DNA of 63,382 bases, filler included, from Rhabdomonas costata (lineage: Eukaryota), in assembly GCA_019059605.1 (NCBI GenBank). It is 40 parts of 40 records of this genome, joined end to end, with 100 filler letters (N's around TTAATTAATTAA, not from the genome) between each part and the next. Parts side by side here need not be neighbours in the genome. Positions count along the whole stretch, not along the records: positions 1 to 1,488 come from JAHMHO010014692.1; positions 1,589 to 3,076 come from JAHMHO010014693.1; positions 3,177 to 4,659 come from JAHMHO010014694.1; positions 4,760 to 6,247 come from JAHMHO010014695.1; positions 6,348 to 7,835 come from JAHMHO010014696.1; positions 7,936 to 9,423 come from JAHMHO010014697.1; positions 9,524 to 11,010 come from JAHMHO010014698.1; positions 11,111 to 12,598 come from JAHMHO010014699.1; 32 more parts are not named here. One strand, 5' to 3'. The position numbers and the translations under genes are program-made. The notes below the pieces were generated by a model. That model was not told the DNA's origin. It worked only from the letters and a program-made list of their open reading frames with translations, and did no database searches. Positions 1 to 12,198 of the stretch are shown piece after piece. The first letter of the stretch is position 1. Every line of letters begins with the position of its first letter.

Positions 1-1488
1 TGTGTGGTGTCCACATTTCGAGGACCCCCGCCACAGACTCGGATTAGGGGTTGGAACCCCTCCAACAGAGGGGGAAGGGCTGAGCAACACAGCGCGTACT
101 CGAAATGTGGACACGACACCGTCGACGAAAAGCGATAGCAGATAGCAGCCCTCTTTTTGTTTTTCATTTGCTCTTCGGAACCCATATTACACAAACCGAG
201 CCCCCCTTCCTTTTGCCACCCGAGCGGTAAGGGGGCAGTGTGAGTGAAAGGGTGCACTCATCATACGAGGGCCTTCGTCGTCGAGCATGTCATCCTCGTC
301 ATCGACCGAAGCTAAACAGCAAAAAAAAATACACCCAATCCCCTCACTCAAATACAAGGTTGGTACAAATTGCAACGCAATGTGTGAAAACTAATCGACT
401 CCCACTGTGAAGGTGTGTGTGTGTTGGTGTGAGCGCGTGCGCGCTCCGCAGAGCCGATAAAACAAATTCTGTAGCAGCTTGATACTACAGAAGTAAGTGC
501 ATTCTCAACACTGCAAAGACAGCAATACCATCCGCGCGCATGCATGGCTGAACCTCACGTCTTGCTTCTCACAGCACCAAGGAGCGAGTGATGAGTTATA
601 TACGCCAGCATGTGCACGCGCGAGTGGTTCATATTTATTTGAGCGGTTCGTCAGGATCAAGGATGTGACATTCTTGCGGTGAAAGAGCTTCGCTTAAAGC
701 GAGGCAGAGCGTCCTGCTGGGGCGGTTTCAATACCGACATATGGGAAAATGCAGTATAACCAACGCGGTACACCCCAACCCCCTCAGAAATACAAAACTG
801 CTAAAAAGGTGCGAGCCAAGGAAGAGAGAAAAGTGACATCCGGTTCTTCTCATGATTGTGTGTCTGCGAGCAGCTTCTTTGCCTAACATTTCGTGAGCAA
901 AGATCACTGCCGGCTTATTCTTCAAGTTTTTCAAATGTCACTTTCTTTCACGAACCTGCTGACTGCACACCTGCCGACTCAGGAGGCCCACGCAAGGCTC
1001 GGGAAGGACTTCCCAGCGGCCCGTCACCCACAAGAACCAAATCTGTCAGGGAAAAAAGGGGTGACGCGGGATGGGACCGCAACACACAGCCAATGCGATA
1101 TGGGGAAATTCCGGTGAGCGGTGGTCGAACCGAACCTGACCGGACTGGACCGTAATTCCTCTCTCCTGTAACTCATGACCTTAGCACCCTCTTCTCCAAA
1201 ACAAACACAAAAACTGTTGTATCTCTGTCCCTCTTCTTAATTTTCGTGTTTGGTCAACCTCAATGACGGAGGATTCCTTTAACGAAGGCAAGTGAGTTCT
1301 CGTGGTGGGGAAAAACTGTTTTGGTGTCAGCTGCCACAATGATACATTCCCAACTCCTGCGATCATCGTTGCTGCGTGGCTCGTGCGGATAAAAGTTTGT
1401 GGACTGAAGGCAGTGGTAATCCTCGTGTTCTGTCAAAAGCCATTTGGTTGGCCGAAGCGCTAGAAGCTTTTGGTTCGTCAATAAGCCA

Positions 1489-1588
1489 NNNNNNNNNNNN
1501 NNNNNNNNNNNNNNNNNNNNNNNNNNNNNNNNTTAATTAATTAANNNNNNNNNNNNNNNNNNNNNNNNNNNNNNNNNNNNNNNNNNNN
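1489..1588. other. Artificial contig spacer N44-TTAATTAATTAA-N44 (first of 39, recurring about every 1.59 kb to 61896)
   Basis: Identical 100-bp unit carrying stop codons in all six frames, separating similar-length contigs. Confidence 0.99.
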
Positions 1589-2383
1589 TTGTGTTGGTGA
1601 GCCAAGGACAGGGATCCCCACGTTTGATTCGAGGTAATTCGCACTTTTTCGGTTTTTCGTTGAATTCGTTAGATTTGAAATTCATCCTCTTAGAGATTTT
1701 TTTGGCATCACTCCACAGCTCTGTTCTGCGGGCATTGAGCCCTTGTGGCACCAGATGCCGCAAACGAAATTCCGGGAACACAAGTCACAAATATTCGCAA
1801 AATCCATAGCTCTCCTAACTTTGACGGCTTTGACACGTAAAAATACGTGTCAAGTGTACAAGTGTAACCTTCAGAAAGAAAGCAAAAGGTAAGACTTGAC
1901 AACTTGCTCCCTCACCATTGATTGAAAACCCGGTCTTTGTCGAAAAGTGGGAAGCTCAAAAAGTGAACGCAAAAAGAAAACAGAAGAATTCCTGAAACAA
2001 TGACAAAACTTGGGGGGGAGGGTTATTTAGGGCCATCAGGGACAGGACTGGATCGTGCATGAATATAAGTGTGTGTGCGGCCAAATAACATAGTGTTTCG
2101 CGCGGAGTTACAGTTTTCAGAAAACGATTCGACCGCAAATGTGCGTAAGTTGATCAGTGCAGACAAACACAGCAAATAATGTAGGGTGTTTTGACTACGA
2201 CGGAATGGGGCCTCGCACACTTTTCCCTGTTCACACATAAATAGCAATGATATTTCGTAAACTGTCAACTAGGGAAAGAACCGTCAAGTGAACCCAAATT
2301 ATCGCAGGTGCTTTTTCCTTTATCCCGGTATCCTTGGTTTTTGCAGGTACGCGCAAAGACATGCCACTGCACTCCTCCGCACC

Positions 2384-3076
2384 CTAGCATCGTCATCGTA
2401 GGCGTGAAGACGCTACGGATCAAAGTCCTCGAGGCTGAGGAAACAGAGGAGCTCCTCAGCCGCCCTTTGTTCTTCTGAAGCTGGCCTAGCTCCACTGTAG
2501 CACATCCACCAATCGCCACCATTTCCCCCACCGCGAGGACCACACCAGGTGGAAAAGGAGTGTGTGTGTGTGATGTGTGTATGTGAGTGTGCTCAGTTTT
2601 GGTGGTGGCAAGCGTCGTACACCCAAAGCATACGAAAAAGAAGAAGAAGAAGAAGGAGAAGGGAGAGAACGTTTGGTGCACCTGGGCTGCTTGAACGCTT
2701 CGAGGGGGACGAGTGACGTCCCTTGGGCGGCGATGCGGGAGGGCCATGGCCCAGTCCCAGAAGCACGGAGTAGTAGTCCGGGGACTGGGCCCGCCCGGCG
2801 GAGCTCAGCTGGCCCTCCAGAAGCGTAACCTTCGCTTGCAGCAAGGACTCCATCCGACCAGCATCGAGGAGCTTCAGCTTTTGGATAGCGCACAAAAGGT
2901 AGCAACACAAATCAGCAACACACACATGCTTTCGGAGGCAGGGGACACATCGCCACCTGACAGTCAGCTTGCCGACCACTGCAATAATAGCAAGCACGGT
3001 AGAGGAGATAGTGGTAGTCGAGAATGCACACACACACACCTCCAGCTCATGCAGTTGGTTCATCAAAACGACACAC
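2384..3076 (-). CDS. Unknown coiled-coil/Ser-Pro-rich protein, partial; exons ~3076-3040, 2877-2682, 2494-~2384
   Basis: GT-AG junctions with consistent phases give NQLHELE|LKLLDAGRMESLLQAKVTLLEGQL...SSSP|VELGQLQKNK. Confidence 0.5.
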
Positions 3077-3244
3077 NNNNNNNNNNNNNNNNNNNNNNNN
3101 NNNNNNNNNNNNNNNNNNNNTTAATTAATTAANNNNNNNNNNNNNNNNNNNNNNNNNNNNNNNNNNNNNNNNNNNNGTTGGTTGGTCGAAAAAGAGAAGC
3201 TATGAAGGAACCCTTCCTCCCTTCCTTTTACTTACCTCACATAC

Positions 3245-4603
3245 GCTGAAAATGCATCAGCCTCTGCTTCGAAAGAGATCTGCTGCACCAGCAGCTCATC
3301 AATCTTGCTCTGAATCTGCCGTGGAAAAAAGGAATGTGAAGTAAGTAAAAGGAGAAAGGGTTCCTTCATAGCTTCTCTTTTTCGACCAACCATAGCAGTC
3401 TTATTCACGTCATGGAAGTTGGTGCACGTGTGGGGTCATGATTAATTTGTAGTAATCATGCTTAGAGGCCACCGAACGTGCAGAATTGCAGTTGGGAACC
3501 TCTGCGGAGAGATGACCAATGGACGTCAGCCAGTACTCTGCGGTGTTGACGATCAGGCACAGCAGCCGGTCGTCCTTCTCGGTCACCTTCCTGTGCAAGG
3601 ACATCCATTCCACTACCAAACACACCTAAAAATACAATCCTCCCAGGGGGCAAAATCCATGCACGAAGCCAGAACATAAAGTTCGCTTCGAAACAGTGAG
3701 AAAACGCTCAACAATAGACCCACGATGGCTAGAATCTTTGCAGCACCAGAAGTTTAGTAGTGACGGTCGATTCTGGAAGGTTGGAAGACGTTTGCGAAGT
3801 CCGAAGCACATGTACGCAAGACGGAGGGACGAACACACACACGTACGCCGGGATTTGTGCACTGACTTTCGTGGCGTAGGACACCAGGTGCTTCCCCCAA
3901 ACCTGCCAAATGAAGGGATGCAGAAATAAAATGACAGGCAGAGAGAAGAGAAGATAAGGAGGCTGCCCCTCACTCCCTAACAGCAACAGAATCAGCCTCA
4001 GGGGCAACCCATTAAATAAAGTGTGGGGTGGTGCTGCAGTAATGAACGATTGAATCATCCACGTAAGGCCGAGAGTTCGCCATTCCTGAGAATGAAGACG
4101 ACCCCAAGAAATGCGGCACCGTCGTTAAGGGGCACACCTTGTGCATGGCACAGAGCGTCTGACCCCGCGAAAGCTCACTGCACCTGAGAAAGGAAGGTGT
4201 ATTTTACCATAAAAAGGAAGAGGTGACGTCCCAACAATGAGCACCCATAATTTCATATTAAGCTAGTGCAACTCTCTTGATTGTTGGTCGCAAAGTGCAG
4301 CTGCGAATAAACGCGAGTCGCCCACAGAGCAACCACAAGTTCAGATGCTTTGTGCCAGTGGCGACCACCAAATCAACCTCTCTGACACACACACACACAC
4401 ACACACTCACTCACTCACACAAACCCACCCACACACGCACACACGTTCACAGAGACCGCTTGAGGCTGCCCCGAATGTAGATCAGCAGGTCGACTGCGGA
4501 GCTCAACACCTCTGTGTTGTCGACCATGCCCTCAGAGGAGTCAGCAGAAGAGGGTCCCCAGGTCTCCTCGCTAAGCAGCTTCTCCACAGTTTCTGCCAAT
4601 TGG
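3245..4603 (-). CDS. VPS53: GARP complex subunit Vps53, partial; exons 4603-4457, 4183-4138, 3902-3847, 3590-3500, 3315-3245
   Basis: Five phase-consistent GT-AG exons splice to EKLLSEETW...VLSSAVDLLIYIRGSLKRCSELSRGQTL...HKVWGKHLVSYATK...DDRLLCLIVNTAEYW...IQSKIDELLVQQISFEAEADAFS, matching Vps53 motifs (EETW, LKRC, IxNTAEY). Confidence 0.9.
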
Positions 4604-4884
4604 CTGACAGAAGCACACACAGTCCGCTTGACCCAATAATCCCCATAATAAAAAACAACNNNNNNNNNNNNNNNNNNNNNNNNNNNNNNNNNNNNNNNNN
4701 NNNTTAATTAATTAANNNNNNNNNNNNNNNNNNNNNNNNNNNNNNNNNNNNNNNNNNNNTGGTGGTACGACGTGGATAATGAGCAGCGCAGTGACGCCGG
4801 ACTGAAGGCACACCGAGGTCTCACGGGGTAGTCTCCCTGCTCAACGAGTTCATTCTTTTACGTACAGGCATGTGTGGTTTCTCA

Positions 4885-5727
4885 ACTGGTGGTACGACGT
4901 GGATAATGAGCAGCGCAGTGACCGGGCTGAAGGCACACCGAGGATAGGTCCTCTGAATGCTTCGAAACCGCGAAGCCATCACGGGGTTGGTGTGCCCCAC
5001 GGCGTAGTTCACTGGTAAGGCCAGGTCTAGTGCCTCCGCAGCCTTCGAGGATACCGGCACCGCGACAAAGATAAGGTCAACAGAAGCCGAGACTTTGTCC
5101 ACTATTGAGAGAGAGTGAAAGTGAGTGAAAGGAATAAGGCAAAGGCAAAGGCAAGCACGATAGCGCTGGCGCTGAATTATCCCACGACACATAGAAATTC
5201 GTTACTCCAAAGGCCAAAAGATGCGCATACAGTTAGCGAGAGACTGTGATCTGCCGTGGGCACTTTCTCGCTTCTTGCTGAGAGTACCACTCTAATTTTA
5301 AAAACGATTCATCAAAGGCATCCCCAATTAAAGGAATTAAAGGGGGGTCAATGTCCAGTGTCAAGAGTCCTCCACGCAGAACAGCAGCACAAAAGAGCGA
5401 CAAAGAAAAAGTGCGAGGCAGGAAAAAATGAATGGGGGACGGGGAAAAAAGCTTGTTCCAAGGTTGTTGACGCGGGATCTTCATCTTGTATTTCTAGTAT
5501 GTACCCATAAGACCGGGTGCGGCCTCTAACGTGACTCGTGAAGGGGGGTGAACAGGAACCAAACCTGCGTACTTCAGCACGCAGGAGTGGGCCGCCAGAG
5601 TGGACTGCACCGCAGGACTCTCCTTCTCATCTGCAGGGATGCCCAGCGGCCGCACCGCACTGGTGAGCTGCCCCACCGCAGGGCTGCTGAGCAGCAGGCT
5701 CCACCCACGTCGCGCCAGCGAGCTCGC
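4885..5727 (-). CDS. Unknown protein, partial; exons 5727-5565 and 5101-~4885
   Basis: AG/GT-bounded GC-rich exons join in phase 1 (KYA|VDKVSASVDLIFVAVP); no family recognised. Confidence 0.5.
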
Positions 5728-8109
5728 CTACGGGGGAAAAGGCAGCACTATGGCCAGCGCTCAGAGGATGCACAAAGCGCCGTGTAAGCAAGCAGCCCAG
5801 CCCAGCCCAGCCCAGCCCAGCATTCCCGAATGTGTGCGCTACACCAACGGCAGTCTTTTTCGTTGTGAATAGGTACGACATTCGATCGGAAGACTGGAGT
5901 TGCCCCTCGCGAGACAGATTAAGTGAAGGACCATCAAAGCCTGCTTAGACCCCCAAACCTGAGAGATTAGTGCATCCCATTTCAACAGTCTTCACCCCGT
6001 ATTTAAGCCACTGGTCCCGAAAGTGTGCATGCCTTCTTGAGTTTCCGATGTAGCCTGGTATAGGTATCTGCTGACCAACCAACCCATCGGTGCATCGCTC
6101 CGCAAGTTCGGCAGTTTTCCCGGGGTCGAAAAAACAAGGAGGCATACTGCCATTGCCTCGCCTTCGCAGGCTTAGCAGCTGAAGGGCAGCCTTTGGACCG
6201 CGCAGAACCGAAGGAAAAGGTTCGAAGTACGCCGAAGAACAAAAACCNNNNNNNNNNNNNNNNNNNNNNNNNNNNNNNNNNNNNNNNNNNNTTAATTAAT
6301 TAANNNNNNNNNNNNNNNNNNNNNNNNNNNNNNNNNNNNNNNNNNNNGTGGTTGTGTGCCTCTAACAAGAACACTGCGGTTCAGCTACTATAGTGATGTC
6401 TGATTTGCCCGCTTTCCTTCTTTTGCCTTCGGAGTTGGGTGTGGCTTTGAATGCACTTATGGGCTCGTAATATATGTCTGTGCTTCGAGTGGAATGGTGC
6501 GCAGTGAGGGATGAGTGCTTCTGTCTCTCAATTCTGGACAACTGGCCTTTGACCTGGAGCACGATGGATTTCATCTGACTGCTCGGTTCGTTCGTGGTGT
6601 GCGTATAGGTGGGTGCTTTGCAGTAGCATGTTCTCCTTTCCATGTGTCCCTTTTGTCGCCTTCCTTGTCTTTTCCGTTTGGTTGCTGGTACGTTTGCCGG
6701 GGTGTTGCATGGAGAACGCGTTTTGCAAGAATCTTTATGCCCTCTCGTTGGACGGCTGGATTTCTTGCAAAGAGAGCAGTCTCCACTGAACCATTACTTA
6801 CTTTGCACAGATACAGTTTGGTGCTGTGTGATCGATGCATCACAGGCTTTTTTGTATTTGAATTGGCGAGCCTTGAAAGTGAGTGGTAGAAGGCTGCCTG
6901 ATAGATGTGGAGGATAATAGCGTATATCTTCCTGCATAGCTGCTTAGAATTTGCGTAGAATTTGCTGGTGGTGCTTGGTTTATTCACACACACACACCAC
7001 CCCGCTCCGATTTCTTCGCAGCCGCTTCCTTCGTGAAAAGATTGTCCCATGGACTTCCATCACGTGTGCATCAGCATTGATGCAAAGCGGAACACTCCCG
7101 AGTAGTAAGCCTCCGGGACAGTTTTGGTTCATCATTCATGGCTAAAGCGGTGTGGCTTTCTCCTCATAGGAAGAGGAGGATGAGAAAGTGGAAGCGTGTG
7201 GGATGCCGCAGAGATCCTGTTGTACTTGGTGAGTGTACGGGGTCTCTGAGTTTAATTCAAATTTCAGGTCATTCAGCTTCACATGACAACCTGTTGGAAG
7301 TTTTCTGGGGTTAAAGCAGTCCCTCTTATTCAGGTTCCCCGACTCCGCGAAAAGAATGCACTGAACGAAACTGTGCCTGAGGTCAGCGGTTAGCCTCTTT
7401 TGGGCAGCAGAAATATGGCAGTGATCAAATACTTAAAAAGGGCTGTTGGGGAGGAATCCCAATCTTTTTAGAGTGGTGGTTACTCTCGAATTTCCAGGAA
7501 CCCCAATTTCGCAATTCCTCCTTCACAGTTTTTATGAATAGGATGTGCTGCGAGTGAGTGCTGTCCTTCTCTCTCTGGTGCAGCTGCTGTCTTCTCTTTG
7601 TCGCTTTTTTGTTGCCTCTTTTCTTTCCTGTGCGGTGTTTACATACTGCCTTCAAGAGCCTTCTTCGGCTTTCTCTTTGCTCTGTTACTGCGCTTTTACA
7701 CTTTTTCCTTGCTTCTTGCTTGGGCTGTGTGGGATGGACGGACTTTCGTCTGCTTTCCTATCTCTTTGCGGAGAGGAGGACAGGACTGTGGTGGCTCAGC
7801 TCTCGGCCAGGGGGCTGGCCAAACTAAACCACCACNNNNNNNNNNNNNNNNNNNNNNNNNNNNNNNNNNNNNNNNNNNNTTAATTAATTAANNNNNNNNN
7901 NNNNNNNNNNNNNNNNNNNNNNNNNNNNNNNNNNNGGTTGGTTTAAGCCTCAGGGTAATGCCTAGGGTTGATGCCATGGGTTGATTCCTACTCCGATGCC
8001 TAAGGTATAGCGTAAGGGTGCACCCGGCAGTGGTGGGTAGCGAGGGACCGACAGTGGAGTAACCTGCTGATGCCCGCAAGGGGTAGTGGGATGCGACCCA
8101 ACGGGGAGC

Positions 8110-8790
8110 CTCTAGGGGTAAAAGAAAGCTTAGATGTCGGTCAGTCGATGCTGCGCATCTCCTTCCCTCCTAAATGCTGATGGTTCATGCATTCCACCGG
8201 CATAAGCCGCTTGCATGCATTCACTACTCCTACTCGCTACGCTCGTGCTAACCCCAAGCCTCGTCGCTGATGGCTCCTCGACTTGGGGGCACTTACCCTT
8301 GATGCATGATGGGGTGTAGAGGGGTGTATTCTTGATGCTAGGGGGGTATTTTGTGTTCTTTGCTGGTCGTGAGATCCTTGCGGTCTCTCACTCCCTACAT
8401 GCTGAACTCAAAGGCTGATACCCCATGCCCATTCGCTGCGCTCATGGTCATGGGGCCCCTAAGATGTATTTGCTGGTCGCATCTCCCTTTGGTCGATGCT
8501 CCCTACATGCGTTCTTCGGTCTCTCCACCGCCCTAAGGCGGCTACGAGACCTCAGGTGTAATACAGAATAAAGAGATGATGTCTTGTCGGGAATCGCTAC
8601 GCTCATCCCTCCTATTCCTTTACGTCGTCGCTGCGCTCCTCCTTCTATCCCCACTCCCTGTCGGTCGTGGGGGCCTAAGGTGGTAAAAGAATGCTTAGAT
8701 GGTCGGGATGTCCACGGTACGCTTCGCCATCCCTCCTAAATGCGTTCTTCGGTCTCTCCGCCGCCATAAGGCGCTTACGAGACCTCACCT
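8110..8790. repeat. Three diverged ~100-115 bp direct repeats (~8110-8220, ~8455-8555, ~8672-8790)
   Basis: Shared blocks GGTAAAAGAAwGCTTAGATG and CCCTCCTAAATGC (copies 1 and 3), and ATGCGTTCTTCGGTCTCTCCrCCGCC...CGAGACCTCA (copies 2 and 3). Confidence 0.65.
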
Positions 8791-9682
8791 TTACCCTGAG
8801 GGTATTCTCTTCGTGTGGCTACGCCTGGTCGGACTGAGCGTACCGACGTAAGTCGGGGAGCGAGGGGAGTGACAAGTGGGGTTAAAGAGAGTGGAGGGAT
8901 TCGAGAGGACGTGAGAATCCCGACAGTGGGGTTACGGTGCCAGACAGTGGGGATGTGCAGAAGAAGGATCTTCCAAAACCAGAGTGGTCACCCGAGACCA
9001 AAACCACGAGGGAACAAAAACCACAGCCAGAATTACAACAGCCCCAACGACTCAATCCAACTCAACCCCTCAACCCAACCACACGCAACTAACCACCGAA
9101 TGCTACCATATTCCACTATCAATCGGGTGTCAGACGGCACGGCGGGCTCGGACCAATTACGTGGCTCTAGCGTCCGCGACCGCTGTCGACGCGGGCCCTG
9201 CCACCCCAAAAGCGTCACAGCGTTGCCCCATTCGTCACCCCAGTTATCCGGAAGTTTGGTCACCCATCGAATTCTGATCGCGTTCCCACTTGCAACATGG
9301 ATTTCGGTTTTAGCAGTTTCGGAAGAGGACAGTAGCCGTGACGAATGTTGTTGTGAGAGCTCCTTAAATGCGTGCTGCAATCGATCTTGTGGACGGCACT
9401 TAAGGAGCTCTCACAACAACCCCNNNNNNNNNNNNNNNNNNNNNNNNNNNNNNNNNNNNNNNNNNNNTTAATTAATTAANNNNNNNNNNNNNNNNNNNNN
9501 NNNNNNNNNNNNNNNNNNNNNNNAGGCCCTCAAAAATTAAAATCGAAAAGGCCCGAACTTCATCGACCTTCCAGAGGTCAAAGTTCGGCGTACGCATGAA
9601 AACGCAAGAAGTGAAGCGGCCTACCGACTCATCAGGGAGAGGAGCGCTACAGAGGACCCAAGCGGTGCAAAGAGAGGCATGC

Positions 9683-10908
9683 CTCGGCTGGCGAGGGCCA
9701 AGTGGTGCAGCTTGAGCGCCTCCGATGCGTCACTCAAGCGCTTCTGGTCAGTCCAAAACCCAAGCAGGGCCTCGTACTCGTCTTGCATACAAAGAAGATG
9801 AAGAGAGAAAGGACCACTTGACAATTGGTTTCGTGGTCGTTCATGCCACGAAGAAAAAGCCAATGCGCTGAAGCCAAAAAGCGACACCTCAGGTAGAACT
9901 TACACGAACTGATGGCTTTCATTTCCGCCCAGCGTGAGGAAACACGACCAAGCATGGAACTGGCGGTGGCAATCGATAGGTGTGGGAGTGCACGGAGGGA
10001 AAGAGCCTCACGAACTAAGCACTACACTTCAAATCCGGGGTTATTTTAGGTACCTCCCTTACTATCGCGCCAGGATATTTTACAAATAGAGTTCAATCCA
10101 ACTTTCGGCACAGGGATGGGATGCAAGCTCTCGAAAAATGGCAGTAGACTGATAATTGGTCGTTCGGGGTTCCGAGGCGAGACACGTGCCACTTACTCTT
10201 TGCCCCAAATATTCAGGCCACAGAGTGTGGTGGTGCCGGACAAGACCGTGAATGCTCTCCTTCAAATGAAATACAATGGAGGGAGTCATCTCGTAAAACC
10301 CGTAACTCCAGGACAAGGGAGTGAAGGAAACACCTGTGGAGCGGCTGGGCAGAGCCTGCAGAAGCCAGCAGCTGAGAAGGAACCTCAGCACAGTGTTGCC
10401 GTGCAGCACAAAGGGACCCCAGGACTGGCTAAAGCAAAAGGAAAGGCGCCACAAAAAAGCACCAAAATCGACACAATACAAATCTTTGCGGAAACTCGGC
10501 GAAGCCTATCCCACAACGTTGCCACTGAACCAATGACGAAGCGGGAAACGGGATTTTGCCTCTGGAGATCTGCGCACCTTCCCCCCTTTCACGGCTGTGC
10601 AGCAAATAAGTAATGCTTCTTTCCGGCGACTATTGCTTTTTCCCATTTCTGCTTCAACGGTAAAAACCGGTCGTCTCTGAAAACATCACTTATATTGGAA
10701 CAGCGGGCCCCGCAGAACACCAAAGATGATGGGATGTGGCCATACCGGAGCCTATCCTGTTCGGTGCCGTGCTTCAGGTAGGAGGGATGGGTAAACGCTT
10801 GCACCAGAAGGTTGGGGTCACTGATTTGGACCCCACACTCCTCCTGCAGGAAGGCCGCGGCCTGGCTCCGGTAGCCCGGGAACGTTCCGGCCACCCCGTG
10901 CGAGCATA
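9683..10908 (-). CDS. RNase III-fold protein with a degenerate catalytic signature, partial; exons 10908-10746, 10428-10334, 9781-9683
   Basis: Spliced product ISDPNLLVQAFTHPSYL...DRLR|QSWGPFVLHGNTVLRFLLSCWLLQALPSRST|DEYEALLGFWTDQKRLSDASEALKLHHL follows the RNase III helix order; phases are consistent. Confidence 0.75.
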
Positions 10909-11110
10909 CTACACAAAAACACTACCAGCAGCAAAGGCGAAAAGATGCGGCGTGCGGCCTCAAAGAGTGCGTTGGAGAGCTTCTGTGGCCACAGATGCTC
11001 TCCAACACGCNNNNNNNNNNNNNNNNNNNNNNNNNNNNNNNNNNNNNNNNNNNNTTAATTAATTAANNNNNNNNNNNNNNNNNNNNNNNNNNNNNNNNNN
11101 NNNNNNNNNN

Positions 11111-12198
11111 GGTTGGTGGTGCTACCTAAGAGGGGAAGAGAGATGTCATTCCAAAGTTCCAATTGAGCGAGACCTTTGGACAAGGACAAAAAACAACATT
11201 GACAGCAACACTGAAACAATGAATTGTTCAACTGAGCAGGCAAGCATGCGGGGAAAAAAAACAGGGATTACTGCCGGAAGGGGAAGGAAAGGAAGGAAAA
11301 GTGTAACGAGAACAATGAAGTCGAGGGGTGAGTAACTGCGAGAGTATGCAAAAGCTGTGTGCGTGGGTTTTTGAAGCATTGGGGAGAAAAGGCGGAGGGG
11401 AAAAATCTTTTTTGTTCAATTTCCTTGAAATTGTACAAAAACACCATGATTTCAAAAGTTGTCCAGCGCGAAATTTTGTCGCATGAGACAATTCGTCATG
11501 GATCAATGGCAATCGTTCTGTACAGAGTAGAACCAGAACTGTAAGGAAGAAAGGAGGACCGCGGGCGCCCGCCCAGCACACGGCATGTGCCATATCCTCT
11601 TCAGACAATCTTTCGTTCGGACTTTTTGTTGCTGAAGCTGATATAGCCAAAAGTGCACAAGTACACAAGCTGGGGAGGAAGAGAGGATGAGGGAAGAAAG
11701 GCACCAGTGGCGTTTTCGGACTGGACCTTTCGCATTGTCTTGCATTTGACTCGGTCACCTGCACCCAACCCCCAAGAACCTCAAAATTGTCCCCATACAC
11801 AAACGGAGGAGAAAAACAATGACAAAGCAGAAGAAATGGAACATGGATAAGTCAGTCATGATGCCGGAACCGCACGTAAAATCTCAACGAGTCATAAAAA
11901 TGCGGCGCTCTGGCAGCCTTCAGATACAATTGTTTAGTGGCATTGCCAATCAAAAAAGGAGGACGTCCCCACCGCAGGAAAAAGTCAGGACATGCACATG
12001 TGAATGCGTGAGACACGAAATCGGTTTACCCTGACGTTTCAATTTCACGCAAACACGCGCAGCCATTGCAATTTCCTTCACCAAGCTCTGACCTGTGACA
12101 ATGAGATTGTATAGATGCCACAGATCGTCCACATCCTCAGGGATAACATCCACGTGCCCAGCCCCGTCCTTCTCAATGGACTTCCCCAGCAGCTTCAT
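11111..12198 (-). CDS. PELO: Pelota/Dom34 ribosome-rescue factor, N-terminal part; exons 12198-12093, 11758-11705, 11125-contig end
   Basis: MKLLGKSIEKDGAGHVDVIPEDVDDLWHLYNLIVT|GDRVKCKTMRKVQSENAT|GS is the typical pelota N-terminus; GT-AG phase-1 introns. Confidence 0.95.

Noticed and set aside
1-76. G/T-rich contig ends as telomeric repeats, and GGTTCGA-like motifs (e.g. 15881, 47442) as tRNA T-loops
   Set aside because: There is no fixed repeat unit such as TTAGGG and no cloverleaf. No rRNA, tRNA or spliced-leader RNA gene was recognised in the window.
1533-1544. Regularly spaced TTAATTAATTAA as a CRISPR-like or biological repeat
   Set aside because: Always embedded in fixed 44-N flanks; a synthetic six-frame-stop linker.
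3177-3391. Inverted repeat around a VPS53 exon as an exon-skipping or circRNA element, or a MITE
   Set aside because: It sits exactly at a contig end with a perfect outer arm, like seven other fold-backs; most likely an amplification artefact.
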